Assembly: GCA_020852295.1 (NCBI GenBank)
Contig: JADZBC010000016.1
Span: 294 to 64,293 of the forward strand
DNA: 64,000 bases
Source: a bacterium
GTDB taxonomy: Bacteria > Patescibacteriota > Saccharimonadia > CAILAD01 > JADZBC01
Reading direction: 5' to 3'
Numbering within the stretch: the first letter of the stretch is position 1; every line of letters begins with the position of its first letter. Of this stretch, positions 9,754-19,574 are shown piece after piece. The translations under genes and the position numbers were made by a program. The notes under the pieces are model-generated. The model was not told the origin of the DNA. It saw only the letters and a list, made by a program, of their open reading frames with translations, and did not search any database.

Positions 9754-10459
9754 GTCTTATCTGGGCAGCAAAACTGGCTGCTTGCTCCGCGGTTATCTCA
9801 GCACTGGGTGCTGATACGTTTATGGTGTGCGCGGCGCCCATATCGTCACTATCGGCTTCTTCGTCACTTTTCTTAAAAACTTCAAGCTGATCGAGCAGGA
9901 TGATCTTTTTTGCATCAAGGATGTCCGATAAAAAGCGATCATTGAGGTTGCGACGGTAATCAAAGTCTTCTATCCGCATACAGGTATAGTTCAGTTCACG
10001 CGCCATGTCGCTTTCGAGTTCACCGATCAGATGCGACAGCTTAGTTTTATTAACATCGCCAACGATAAATATGTCGATCATCTGATTACTACCTCGAACA
10101 AATGCCCCAGACAAAAAGACCATCTTAACGTTTCCAGCTTTCATGATGCGCTTGAGAATCTGATCCTCTTCTTTGGTCTCCTTGATCTCTTTTGTCTTGG
10201 CCGGAATCTTTGAGAAGATCGACTGGAGTTCGTTATAAAACTTATATTTTGTGTTGACCTCGTAGTACAGACGATTCGACTGACTAACAGATTTTACGAT
10301 TCCGATTGTGAGCAAGTTCTGCAGTTCACGACGAACTGAGTTGATCTGCTCGTTAATTTTACGGGTGATCTCTCGCACATAAAACGGCCGCTCGGGATTG
10401 TTATAAAACAAGCTGAGAAGCTTGACGCGTGTCTTTGAGCCAAAAAGTTGATCAAACAT
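9746..10459 (-). CDS. wHTH transcriptional-regulator-like protein fused to a Pol-beta-type nucleotidyltransferase (MNT-like) domain
   Basis: N-terminal ERPFYVREITRKINEQINSVRRELQNLLTIGIV reads as a wHTH. Central VFLSGAFVRGSNQMIDIFIVGDVN matches the GS...D.D nucleotidyltransferase fold. Confidence 0.5.
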   Translation of the reverse strand: MFDQLFGSKTRVKLLSLFYNNPERPFYVREITRKINEQINSVRRELQNLLTIGIVKSVSQSNRLYYEVNTKYKFYNELQSIFSKIPAKTKEIKETKEEDQILKRIMKAGNVKMVFLSGAFVRGSNQMIDIFIVGDVNKTKLSHLIGELESDMARELNYTCMRIEDFDYRRNLNDRFLSDILDAKKIILLDQLEVFKKSDEEADSDDMGAAHTINVSAPSAEITAEQAASFAAQIRRD

Positions 10460-10588
10460 TATGCTGATTTCGCCTCCAGAATAATTGTGTCCATTGGCTT
10501 CAATTTAACCACCAATTAACTCGATTATAAACCTAATGCCATGACAAATCTAGCACCGAACACATTTTTTTACATGCAGTTTTGAGCG

Positions 10589-11314
10589 TTATTGGGGGCG
10601 CTTTGAGGCAAGCTCTGAAGCCTTTTTTTCTAGCGAGTCATCGAGCTCCGTAAGTACGGCTTCGTAGCCCGCTCGAGCAAGCGCAGCGGAAATCAAGAAG
10701 TCGGCGACGGCCGGATTTTTTGGCAAGAATGAGCCGTGAAGATATGTACCAATCGCGTTTTTGTACAATGCGCCCTCGACACCATCCTCGCCATTATTAC
10801 CCCCGCCCTGCACAACTTGACCAAGCGGCTCAAGGCTCGCTGCAAGTTTCGTCAGGCCACTATGATTCTCAAACCCAACGAGTTTCCCAAAGCGTTGACT
10901 ACGAACTACAACATTACCAATTAGCCGTCGGTTTGAGGCATCGGTAGCGGCATTAAACACGCCAATTCCCGGTAACTTTTTACCGGCGCTCGTCTTGAAG
11001 TAATGGCCAAAAAGCTGGTAGCCCCCACAGATTACCAGTGCAGGCAACCCAGCCTCGATCGAAGCCTTGATTTGGTGGCCTTTCTGAAAAAGATCATCAG
11101 CAACGAGCTCTTGCCCTCGATCTTGCCCACCGCCCATAAACAGCAGGTCATAATCCTCGGGTAGCTTCATGCCAACACCAACTGGCACAACTTCAATATC
11201 GATACCGCGCCACCGAGCACGCTGCTGTAAACATAATACATTGCCTCGGTCCCCATAAAGATTCATAAGATCAGGATAGAGATGGACAAGCTTAAGTTTA
11301 TGTTTCGACTTCAT
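10589..11314 (-). CDS. gatD: Lipid II isoglutaminyl synthase, glutaminase subunit (CobQ/GATase-1 type)
   Basis: GATase1-like LVICGGYQLFGHYF with the catalytic Cys. Its start overlaps the stop of the upstream Mur-ligase-family gene, as in characterised murT-gatD pairs. Confidence 0.7.
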   Translation of the reverse strand: MKSKHKLKLVHLYPDLMNLYGDRGNVLCLQQRARWRGIDIEVVPVGVGMKLPEDYDLLFMGGGQDRGQELVADDLFQKGHQIKASIEAGLPALVICGGYQLFGHYFKTSAGKKLPGIGVFNAATDASNRRLIGNVVVRSQRFGKLVGFENHSGLTKLAASLEPLGQVVQGGGNNGEDGVEGALYKNAIGTYLHGSFLPKNPAVADFLISAALARAGYEAVLTELDDSLEKKASELASKRPQ

Positions 11315-12672
11315 TTCCAGTAGTCCTCCATTTCGGTTTCCTTAACGAGAAAACGACGGATCTCTAGCATAGCCGTATAGGTTGGCAGGATATATACCGG
11401 CTCGCCCTCCTTTGTGACGTCAATGGCGCGGTCAAGACAAGCCGTTAGCTCATCGACGACCTGACCTGTCTTACCGGCATATTTGAGCCTCAATGCCATA
11501 TCGTAGCGCCTGAGTCCGCCAACAATTATCCTGCCCGAACGAATATCCTCTATAGCTGCATCCCACAGCCATGAAACGTCACGACCGTCGGCAAAGTTGT
11601 CATTAATAGCCAAGACAAGAGTCTGCTTTTTATCTTGTAAGTATGTTTGGATTGCCTGATTGAAGCCAGTTGGATTCTTGATCAAGACTATCACGACATC
11701 TCGATCCCTGTAGCGAATTTTCTCGTAGCGCCCGAAAGCGGCGGTGCTGTTTTTTAAGACTTTTGTTGTACTTTTCTCATCAATTCCCTGCGTTTCAGCT
11801 ACGGCAATGGCGGCTATTGCATTGTATATGTTGTATATACCCGGTAGACTCAGATCAATTTCCTGACTCTGGGCGGTTTCAGACTGCAGCATGAAGCGTG
11901 AGCCCTCAGTGTCAAAATTTTTCATTTTTATGAGCTCCCAGTCCGGCTTTGGCCGCACGAAATCACCATTCTTACTCTTATAAACTCCCATGTGACTAAA
12001 GTACTTCTTAGAGTAAACTAGGGGTGCATTGGATATCGGACTATGCACAGAGTCGGCAGTATAGTCATGCTTGAGAACCGGACCATTAAAGTCAGAAATC
12101 CCGAAAAACATATAAGTATTGCCGTCATTGTCCGCTAAGCTGGCGACGAGCGGATCATCGGCATTGAGTAGTATTGTCGCACCCTGTTGACTGGCAAGGC
12201 CTTTTTTAATCATCTGGGCGGTGGTCTGCAGCTCACCATAGCGATCGAGCTGATCCCGGAACAGATTGGTCACTAAAATGGTTCGCGCGTTGAGCTGAGA
12301 CAATACTGCAGGAATACTTGCCTCATCAACCTCAAGGAGCGCTACCTGAGCATCGATCCGACCGCGCCAATTGGCTCGCCGAAGCATTTCTGAGACAATA
12401 CCTCGCTCCAGATTTGACCCGGTCTTGTTGTGAAGATATGAGATGTCACTCACCTCTAAAATGTCGGCGATCAGTTTCGTTGTAGTGGTTTTGCCATTCG
12501 TGCCTGTCACAACGATAATTCCATCGGGGAAATTGTTCCAACAGAGATGTAATAATATTTGATCGTCTATCTTCTTAGCTATTAGTCCAGGCAAGGCAGC
12601 TCCACCGGTGCCGGTCAGGCGATTGAGCTTGAAAATTATCTTCGCTGATAGTATGGCGATAATCTGTAGCAT
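11311..12672 (-). CDS. murT: Lipid II isoglutaminyl synthase, Mur-ligase-family subunit
   Basis: Mur ligase central-domain P-loop IIVVTGTNGKTTTTKLIADIL and a DUF1727-like C-terminus; translationally coupled to gatD. Confidence 0.7.
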   Translation of the reverse strand: MLQIIAILSAKIIFKLNRLTGTGGAALPGLIAKKIDDQILLHLCWNNFPDGIIVVTGTNGKTTTTKLIADILEVSDISYLHNKTGSNLERGIVSEMLRRANWRGRIDAQVALLEVDEASIPAVLSQLNARTILVTNLFRDQLDRYGELQTTAQMIKKGLASQQGATILLNADDPLVASLADNDGNTYMFFGISDFNGPVLKHDYTADSVHSPISNAPLVYSKKYFSHMGVYKSKNGDFVRPKPDWELIKMKNFDTEGSRFMLQSETAQSQEIDLSLPGIYNIYNAIAAIAVAETQGIDEKSTTKVLKNSTAAFGRYEKIRYRDRDVVIVLIKNPTGFNQAIQTYLQDKKQTLVLAINDNFADGRDVSWLWDAAIEDIRSGRIIVGGLRRYDMALRLKYAGKTGQVVDELTACLDRAIDVTKEGEPVYILPTYTAMLEIRRFLVKETEMEDYWK

Positions 12673-12686
12673 AGCTATATTGTATA

Positions 12687-13604
12687 TCAGTCCTTGATTG
12701 AAAGGTAATCAGTAATCACCTCTAGGGCATATCTATCTGATTCACACCAAACAATGTATGGATTGCGCCTTAGCCAGGTCATCTGACGTCGCGCTAGCTG
12801 ATAGTCGTCACGGGTAAATCGCTCGCGTAGTTCGTCTAAAGTTATGCGACCAGACAAATATTCCACAGCATGACGATAGCCAATGATTGATAGTTGGGGA
12901 CAATCCTTGCCGTATCGATTTATTAATTTCTCAACCTCTTGAATAAAACCATTGTTCAACATTTCATCAACGCGAATTGCTATTTTTTGCTTTAAAATAG
13001 GCATTTCTGGTTTTTTTGCGACAATAATTCCACCAATTTTTAATTGCTGGCGATCGGCCTGTATCGCGGGTCCGAGGCGCAATATCTTGATGAGTCTTTG
13101 TCGATTTTTCCGTTCCGATAGCGGTACTGCATCAGCATATCGCTCAGCAACAAGATTTGATAATTCAGCAGTGCTCAATGTATCAAAATTATCAACTACA
13201 TTCGAAGAGGCTTGGCTGCGAAAAGTATAGCCAAACAACAAAGCGTCGATATATAAGCCGGTGCCACCAACTATGATGGGCAGGTGCCCACGCTGCCTTA
13301 TCTGATCGATAACGTGCTCTGCATCCCACTGGAAGTCAGCCGCACTATAATTCTCACCCGGATTACGGATATCAAGCAGATGATGCGGGACACCGAACTG
13401 TTCCTCGAGACTCGGTTTGGCCGTACCAATATCGAAGCCTCTATAGATCGTGCGTGAATCCGCTGCAATCACTTCACCGTTATAGCGTTTTGCGACCTCG
13501 ATAGCGAGCGCTGTTTTACCGCTTGCGGTCGGCCCTGCAATTACTACGAGTTTAGAGCTGTGCCCGGGATGAAACTTCATCTGTAACTCGTTCGACAAAA
13601 TCAT
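12687..13604 (-). CDS. miaA: tRNA dimethylallyltransferase
   Basis: P-loop VVIAGPTASGKTALAIEVAK and DSRTIYRGFDIGTAKPS motifs. The start may be an internal Met, since the N-terminus overlaps the thrS 3' end. Confidence 0.8.
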   Translation of the reverse strand: MILSNELQMKFHPGHSSKLVVIAGPTASGKTALAIEVAKRYNGEVIAADSRTIYRGFDIGTAKPSLEEQFGVPHHLLDIRNPGENYSAADFQWDAEHVIDQIRQRGHLPIIVGGTGLYIDALLFGYTFRSQASSNVVDNFDTLSTAELSNLVAERYADAVPLSERKNRQRLIKILRLGPAIQADRQQLKIGGIIVAKKPEMPILKQKIAIRVDEMLNNGFIQEVEKLINRYGKDCPQLSIIGYRHAVEYLSGRITLDELRERFTRDDYQLARRQMTWLRRNPYIVWCESDRYALEVITDYLSIKD

Positions 13605-15369
13605 CGACGCTGATCACTCCAAGGTCACCCTCGCCATATTTCCGAACGGCAACAGCCTGCGCGGTTGCTTCTTTCTCGCCCACGACCAGCGTGTAGGGTA
13701 CCTTCATGAGCTCAGCGGAGCGTATTCTTTTGCCAAGGGACTCACTATCGCTATCCAGGACTACGCGTACGCCTTTTTGCTTAAGAGCCTCAACCACCTT
13801 TTGAGCGTAATCACTAAACTGATCAGATACTGGCAAAACACGAACCTGTTCAGGTGCTAGCCATACCGGAAAAGCACCAGCCACGTGCTCAATATATACC
13901 GAGAGAAAGCGCTCGATGGAGCCGAGCAGCGCAAAATGAATCATTACCGGCGTTTTGGCTGAGCCATCACTGTCGACGTATGTCAATCCGAATCGTTCTG
14001 GCTGCACAAAATCCAACTGTGGAGTCGCAAGCTGGTGCTCCCGACCGAGCGCATCGGTTGCCATAAAATCGATTTTTGGCCCATAAAACGCAGCCTCACC
14101 CTGCTCTTCGTAGTAATCGAGCTTGAGTTCAGTCACGACGTCGCGCAGGATTTGCTCAGCCTGTCGCCATAGTCCCGCATCACCAAGATACGCATCAGAA
14201 TCATCACGCAGCGACAGCCGGGCGCGGAGAGGCATACCAAGCGTTGTGTAAAATTCTTTTGTGATGCGCCCCAACATCATAAGGACGTCCTTAATCTGAT
14301 CTGGAGTACAGAATGTATGGCTATCATCTTGTGTGATCGAACGCACTCGTGACAAGCCATTGAGCTCCCCTGACTTCTCGTCGCGATAAACCGTTGTGGT
14401 CTCCATGTATTTTATTGGGAGGTCTTTATAGCTCCGTGGCTTCGAAGCATAAATCTGCTGGTGGTGCGGACAATTCATTGGCTTCAAAACGAGCTCGTCT
14501 GATGTTTCCTGGCTCTTAACGAGCATCAGTTCATCACCAAACTTCGCCCAGTGACCAGACGTTTCGTAGAGATGCTTTTTCGTCAGATGAGGCACCCAAA
14601 CCTTTTCAAAGCCCTCGGCGGTGCGCAAGGCCTGCGAATAAGCGTTGAGCTCTTCGCGCAGTATCGTGCCGCGAGGTGTAAAGAGCGGTAAACCTGAGCC
14701 AACCTGTTCGGAAAAAGTGAAGAGATCGAGTTCACGCCCTAGCTTACGATGATCGCGTTTCAATGCCTCCTCCTGGTTTGCCAGAAATTCATCTAGTTGC
14801 GGCTGATTCTCAAATGCTACGCCATAAACCCGCTGCATCTGTGGATTCTTGTCATTGCCTCGCCAGTACGCACCCGACACCTTCGTAAGCTTAAATGCAC
14901 CAACCTGACCTGCTGTATCGACGTGCGGACCCCTACAAAGATCTACAAAATCCCCAGTCTTGTAGATAGAAACCGTGTCGACCTTGGCAGCACCACTCTC
15001 GATGCCAAGTTCACTTGAACCAACATCTTTGAGGTTTGTAGTGCCTTTCTCGGCCAGATCTCGTAGCAGCTCTACCTTGTAGAGCTGATTGTGGCTCGTA
15101 AAATAGTCTATTGCTTCTTGTATCGGCCAATCTTCATGCTCAAAGGCCACGTCAGACTCAACGATTTTTTTCATGTCGGACTCAATCGATACAAGGTCAT
15201 CAGTTGATAACGGCTTCTCAAGGTCAATATCATAGTAAAAACCATTGTCGATAACTGGTCCAACGCCAAACTTGGCCTCTGGGTGCCGCTTAGCGATCGC
15301 TGCTGCCATAATATGCGCCAAGCTGTGTCGCATGGCGTGAAGCTGCTGATCTTGATCTGAAAGACTCAT
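13552..15369 (-). CDS. thrS: Threonyl-tRNA synthetase (short form lacking the N-terminal TGS domain)
   Basis: Editing-domain HxxxH (MRHSLAHIMAAA), class-II motifs and an anticodon-binding C-terminus; 605 aa. Confidence 0.85.
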   Translation of the reverse strand: MSLSDQDQQLHAMRHSLAHIMAAAIAKRHPEAKFGVGPVIDNGFYYDIDLEKPLSTDDLVSIESDMKKIVESDVAFEHEDWPIQEAIDYFTSHNQLYKVELLRDLAEKGTTNLKDVGSSELGIESGAAKVDTVSIYKTGDFVDLCRGPHVDTAGQVGAFKLTKVSGAYWRGNDKNPQMQRVYGVAFENQPQLDEFLANQEEALKRDHRKLGRELDLFTFSEQVGSGLPLFTPRGTILREELNAYSQALRTAEGFEKVWVPHLTKKHLYETSGHWAKFGDELMLVKSQETSDELVLKPMNCPHHQQIYASKPRSYKDLPIKYMETTTVYRDEKSGELNGLSRVRSITQDDSHTFCTPDQIKDVLMMLGRITKEFYTTLGMPLRARLSLRDDSDAYLGDAGLWRQAEQILRDVVTELKLDYYEEQGEAAFYGPKIDFMATDALGREHQLATPQLDFVQPERFGLTYVDSDGSAKTPVMIHFALLGSIERFLSVYIEHVAGAFPVWLAPEQVRVLPVSDQFSDYAQKVVEALKQKGVRVVLDSDSESLGKRIRSAELMKVPYTLVVGEKEATAQAVAVRKYGEGDLGVISVDDFVERVTDEVSSRAQL

Positions 15370-15560
15370 TTTTTTTCTCCTATAAATACAAAAACCACCT
15401 AGAATACCCGGTCCCAGTCCGACTGGGAGGTTCCACCGGGTTTATCCAAAGGTGGATCACTCTTTTGTCCGATACGCCCGAACAAGCGGGACACATGAGT
15501 TGGTGAGTCTCATGTCTTGTCCTCTTCGACTAGGTATATTATATACACTCAGCCTTATCT
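15370..15560 (-). promoter_or_regulatory. Candidate T-box riboswitch leader of thrS
   Basis: On the minus strand the leader contains GGUGGAACC, matching the T-box core GGUGGNACC with a UGGA bulge. It is followed by the hairpin CCCAGUC-G-GACUGGG and a U-rich tract before the RBS-like GGAG and the ATG. An ACC Thr codon sits in an upstream stem. Confidence 0.4.
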
Positions 15561-15562
15561 GC

Positions 15563-16195
15563 TCAAGATGTTGCAGCTTTGGCCTTCCCATAATCAGTAT
15601 TAATCGGCACGCCTTTTTTGCATAAACTACATGCTTTAGCATCATATATGTGTAATTTTAGCTTTATCAAACTATATAGCTCTGGTATCTGCAAACTGTG
15701 AGCGTCGTGAGAATATCGATTGATAAGGCAGCCCGCCCCAACCAGCTTACCATCGTGCTGGGCAACCAGGTCACGCATGGCACGAATTGAGGTGCCCATA
15801 TTGAGCACATCGTCCACTATCAATACTCGCTTGTGGGCAATCGCCTTATCATAGCCACGCTTAACGATAAATCGTGGCGCCTGATCGGTCGAACCCTTAG
15901 CTTTATCCGCATAAATTGCCAGTACATCCCTATCCTGTAGTTTGCTTAGGTGATTGGCGACCCACTGCCCCATGATGACACCGCCTGCCACTGGGCCGAT
16001 TACAATATCGACCGCTTGGTGCACAAAATGCCGAGCAATCTGTTCGCAGAGCCGAGCAGTAAGCTCGGTATGCATAAAAACAGCATCTTTATTGAAATAG
16101 GTATCCCCATGTGCACCCGAAGTATAGACAAAGTGCCCATCTGAAATAAGCGCTCCCGTCGCCCGTATGGCTGCGAGAGTCTGCGTTTCACTCAT
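15563..16195 (-). CDS. Phosphoribosyltransferase, orotate-PRTase (PyrE)-like
   Basis: PRPP-binding motif RVLIVDDVLNMGTS; 210 aa, typical of type I PRTases. Confidence 0.55.
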   Translation of the reverse strand: MSETQTLAAIRATGALISDGHFVYTSGAHGDTYFNKDAVFMHTELTARLCEQIARHFVHQAVDIVIGPVAGGVIMGQWVANHLSKLQDRDVLAIYADKAKGSTDQAPRFIVKRGYDKAIAHKRVLIVDDVLNMGTSIRAMRDLVAQHDGKLVGAGCLINRYSHDAHSLQIPELYSLIKLKLHIYDAKACSLCKKGVPINTDYGKAKAATS

Positions 16196-16946
16196 CCGTC
16201 ATTGCCGCGACTGTTACTAAGCGACCCTCTGGCTCCGAAGTATGTGCCGAGACATAATGCGAAAAAAAGTTGCTATCGCTACCAGTATCGATTGGTGACA
16301 CCTCGATATTTTGCCGAGTCAGACCGCACTCCTCCAGCTGTGCCACATTGAAGCCAACCAGGTCGATGGCATACCGTCCGTCCGATCGTCGATGAACATA
16401 TGGCTGCCAGTCAGGTAGATCTTTCTGTACTGCATCGTCAAAAACATACGACTGAGCCTTAATGGATGGTCCAATCCAAGCTAGTAGCTCCGCTGGTGCA
16501 ACCGAGCAGTGCTCTTGCAGATATTCGACGACTAATTTTGCAAAGTTCTTGTCAGCATTGCGCCAACCGATGTGCACAAGCGCCAATACACGACGTCGGG
16601 GCGAGTAGAGAATAAGCGGGATACAGTCAGCGGTGAGCAAACTCAATGCAACACCAACATCGGTAGTAACCAGGCAGTCCAATTCGAAACTATCCTTGCC
16701 ATCGGTCATGCCCCGCCCCCTATCCGACGAGCCCACTTTTGCTATCTTCAAACCGTGCAAGCAGGCGATCATCGCGCCGGCGGACAGGTCAATCCCTAGG
16801 GCATCAAAAAACGCTTCTCGGCTTGCGAGAACGTCACTATACTCCCCGCGGATGAACGACATATTGCCAAATTCCTTACTAGAACTGCCATGCAGCAAGC
16901 CAGGCTGAGCCTGGAGTAATTTTGATCGAGCGATTTGTTTTACCAT
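16188..16946 (-). CDS. pgeF: Purine nucleoside phosphorylase / peptidoglycan editing factor, YfiH/DUF152 family
   Basis: TADCIPLIL (TADCxP), HIGWRN and SHY motifs of the YfiH family. Confidence 0.65.
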   Translation of the reverse strand: MVKQIARSKLLQAQPGLLHGSSSKEFGNMSFIRGEYSDVLASREAFFDALGIDLSAGAMIACLHGLKIAKVGSSDRGRGMTDGKDSFELDCLVTTDVGVALSLLTADCIPLILYSPRRRVLALVHIGWRNADKNFAKLVVEYLQEHCSVAPAELLAWIGPSIKAQSYVFDDAVQKDLPDWQPYVHRRSDGRYAIDLVGFNVAQLEECGLTRQNIEVSPIDTGSDSNFFSHYVSAHTSEPEGRLVTVAAMTDE

Positions 16947-16994
16947 ACAACCATATTGTACAGGACATCAGGATTTTTCTGATAAAATCGAATC

Positions 16995-17915
16995 ATGTTT
17001 TCTGCCCTACTCACCATTGCTGGCCTCAGTGTGTTTGAGATCGTTTCGAGTATCGACAATGCCATTATCAATGCCGAGGTGCTCGGCACTATGGGTAAGC
17101 GTGCACGGCGCTGGTTTCTAACTTGGGGGCTGTTTTTCGCCGTTTTTGTTGCGAGAGGCCTACTGCCCTGGTTGATCGTGTGGGCAACCGCGCCACAGCT
17201 TGGCCCCGTTGGCGCATTTACGGCAGCGCTGAGCGGCAATGAAGCACTCCATGCACTGATCGAATCGGCCGCACCACCCCTACTGGTTGGCGGTGGCACA
17301 TTTCTGATATTCCTATTTTTCCATTGGATATTTCTGGAACCAAAAAATTTCGGGTTAGCTAGAGTAGAGCGTTTTTTCAGCTCAAAAGGGGTGTGGTTTT
17401 ATGCGATCGTATCGATCATTTTAACTGTTATTGTCTATGAGGCGCTCCAATTCAATCCTATCGTTGCTCTGGGTGCCGTTGTGGGATCAACAGCGTTTTT
17501 TATAACTCACGGCTTCAAACAAAATGCCGAACAATCCGAAGCAAAGCTACTCGCCAAGTCAGGCAGTATGACGGACGTAAGCAAGCTTCTGTTTCTTGAG
17601 ATCATTGACCTCACCTTCTCAATCGATGGCGTGCTTGGAGCATTCGCTTTCACCCTCTCAGTACCACTCATCTTGATCGGTAACGGTGTGGGTGCGCTCG
17701 TCGTGCGCCAGCTCACGATGGGTAACATCGAGAAAATTAAGCAATACGCCTATCTGAAGAATGGGGCGATGTACTCCATCTTGGCACTCGGCACCATAAT
17801 GTTACTTGATGGCTTTGGTGTGCACATACCTGCCTGGGTCTCGCCGCTCGTTACAGCCGGCTGCGTTGGCTACTTCTTTGTCAGGTCACGCCGCGAGATT
17901 GCAGCTGCGCGTTGA
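16995..17915 (+). CDS. TerC/DUF475-family integral membrane protein
   Basis: Multi-pass membrane protein with an SIDNAII motif in the first helix, as in the TerC family. Confidence 0.45.
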   Translation: MFSALLTIAGLSVFEIVSSIDNAIINAEVLGTMGKRARRWFLTWGLFFAVFVARGLLPWLIVWATAPQLGPVGAFTAALSGNEALHALIESAAPPLLVGGGTFLIFLFFHWIFLEPKNFGLARVERFFSSKGVWFYAIVSIILTVIVYEALQFNPIVALGAVVGSTAFFITHGFKQNAEQSEAKLLAKSGSMTDVSKLLFLEIIDLTFSIDGVLGAFAFTLSVPLILIGNGVGALVVRQLTMGNIEKIKQYAYLKNGAMYSILALGTIMLLDGFGVHIPAWVSPLVTAGCVGYFFVRSRREIAAAR

Positions 17916-17950
17916 CGAGCGCCCAAGATTTAAGTAGAGTATTGGCTTGA

Positions 17951-18027
17951 GGGCGATTAGCTCAGTTGATTAGAGCGCTTCCTTGACGTGGAAGAGGTCA
18001 CAGGTTTGAATCCTGTATCGCCCACCA
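17951..18027 (+). tRNA. tRNA-Val (anticodon GAC), CCA encoded
   Basis: Cloverleaf GGGCGAT/ATCGCCC, anticodon loop TTGACGT, T-loop TTTGAAT; 77 nt. Confidence 0.8.
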
Positions 18028-18031
18028 TATT

Positions 18032-18054
18032 ATGCCCATCGGGGCATTTTTTTA
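18032..18054 (+). terminator. Rho-independent terminator after tRNA-Val
   Basis: Hairpin ATGCCC-ATCG-GGGCAT followed by TTTTTTT. Confidence 0.6.
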
Positions 18055-18765
18055 TTCTGAAATCATTCGCTGCATCATGCAGAAAAATAAACACTTCGCC
18101 TGATGAAAATTGGTAAGATCTATGCCGGTCTGAGCTTGAATACGGCGCAGTCGGTATGACAGCGTATTGCGATGCGTATTGAGTCGACGAGCCGCCTGCG
18201 CCAAGTTGAGATCGGCACTAAGAACCGCCTCCATGGTGCGCTTCAGGACAGGATCAGCCCAGATAGGCCCGCCGATAAGACCCAATAATTGTCGTGTATC
18301 CTCCGGCGCCATGCCACTCATATTAAGCCAAGCTAATGCTGTCGTAAGCTCACTACAAACACCCTGCGCTGGTCGTGCCTCGTGCAGGCGAGCAAACAGC
18401 CTCAATACTACGCCAAGCTGATCATGCGTATATAGTTTTGAGTGCACGCAATAGATAGAGTGCCGATATCGCGCAAGAGCCTCCCCTATACTAGTTATGA
18501 CGCCATCTTGTTGTGCTGCATCAACCAGTAGCCAATAGCGTCGGCGATCTACTGTGTAGCCACCAATATGCATCGCAAAAGCACCTGAGTCCAGCATCCT
18601 TTCGATCTGCTGTTGTGCCTCACTAGACTGCACAGCCACCAACATAGGCCGGTATCGGTCCACCTCGGTAACTGCTGAGTTTAGAAAGTGCGCCAAATCA
18701 AGATCTGAGACTGGACTGTCTGGCTCAATTGCAGCCTGTACTAGTTCAAACGGTAGCCTAACCAC
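18052..18765 (-). CDS. PucR/CdaR-family transcriptional regulator (C-terminal HTH)
   Basis: C-terminal LNLAQAARRLNTHRNTLSYRLRRIQAQTGIDL matches the PucR-type HTH (HrNTl.YRL). Confidence 0.55.
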   Translation of the reverse strand: MVRLPFELVQAAIEPDSPVSDLDLAHFLNSAVTEVDRYRPMLVAVQSSEAQQQIERMLDSGAFAMHIGGYTVDRRRYWLLVDAAQQDGVITSIGEALARYRHSIYCVHSKLYTHDQLGVVLRLFARLHEARPAQGVCSELTTALAWLNMSGMAPEDTRQLLGLIGGPIWADPVLKRTMEAVLSADLNLAQAARRLNTHRNTLSYRLRRIQAQTGIDLTNFHQAKCLFFCMMQRMISE

Positions 18766-19513
18766 TTATCTTACCGACAATTAGCTCAGACAGTATAACT
18801 GCATCTACGAAATTTACTGGGTTTAAACCTGTTAGCTGATAAAGCTTGGTGAGACGATAAAGCACGGTGTTGCGATGTAGGCCAAGCTGACGAGCAGCGT
18901 CCGTCAGGTTCATGTTTTCATCCAAAAAACACTTCAAGGTAACAAGTAGTGTCTGATCACTGAGCCAAGCCGACGACACTTTCTTCTCTTCAGCTAGTGC
19001 TCCGTTCAGTATTGCACTCAACCCCTTGTACGATCGAGTTGCATGAAGCCTCTTACCAAAGATCATAGCTAAGCCTTCTTCCACCAGACTCGCTCGATAC
19101 ATTTCAGCAAGCCTCCGGAGCGACAACATCAATTCATTCGCCTTGTGTGACGAGCTGTTATTCCAGGTCAATATCAGATCATTTCCCAAGACCGAATGAA
19201 TTATCAACTGCTGCCGACCAGAAATTTTCCATCTTTTTTGTTGATTTATTTTCAACGTTTTTATCGGCATAGAGTCACTAATAACACCCTGTAAAATGAG
19301 CCTGCTTGAAGGCTTTAGACCAATCGAGAGTAGTGCAGCGTGGAGCTGGCGCTCTACTCTGCTCTGACGCCCGGTCGAGCATACAAGACTTGCCATCAAA
19401 ATCCGTATCTTGAGCTGCTCTTCAGTCGCTGGTTCGATGCGCTTTGCGTGCATCAAGCTACCTAGTGTGCGTTCACCCTGCCCAAACTTTCTTGCAATAG
19501 CAGTACTGGTCAT
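18758..19513 (-). CDS. PucR/CdaR-family transcriptional regulator (paralog of the upstream gene)
   Basis: C-terminal LTDAARQLGLHRNTVLYRLTKLYQLTGLNP. Confidence 0.55.
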   Translation of the reverse strand: MTSTAIARKFGQGERTLGSLMHAKRIEPATEEQLKIRILMASLVCSTGRQSRVERQLHAALLSIGLKPSSRLILQGVISDSMPIKTLKINQQKRWKISGRQQLIIHSVLGNDLILTWNNSSSHKANELMLSLRRLAEMYRASLVEEGLAMIFGKRLHATRSYKGLSAILNGALAEEKKVSSAWLSDQTLLVTLKCFLDENMNLTDAARQLGLHRNTVLYRLTKLYQLTGLNPVNFVDAVILSELIVGKISG

Positions 19514-19574
19514 TCTTGATACCTTATTACTACCCAGCTTACCATCTGTTATTTTTTGTCGACAAGCATGTCAA

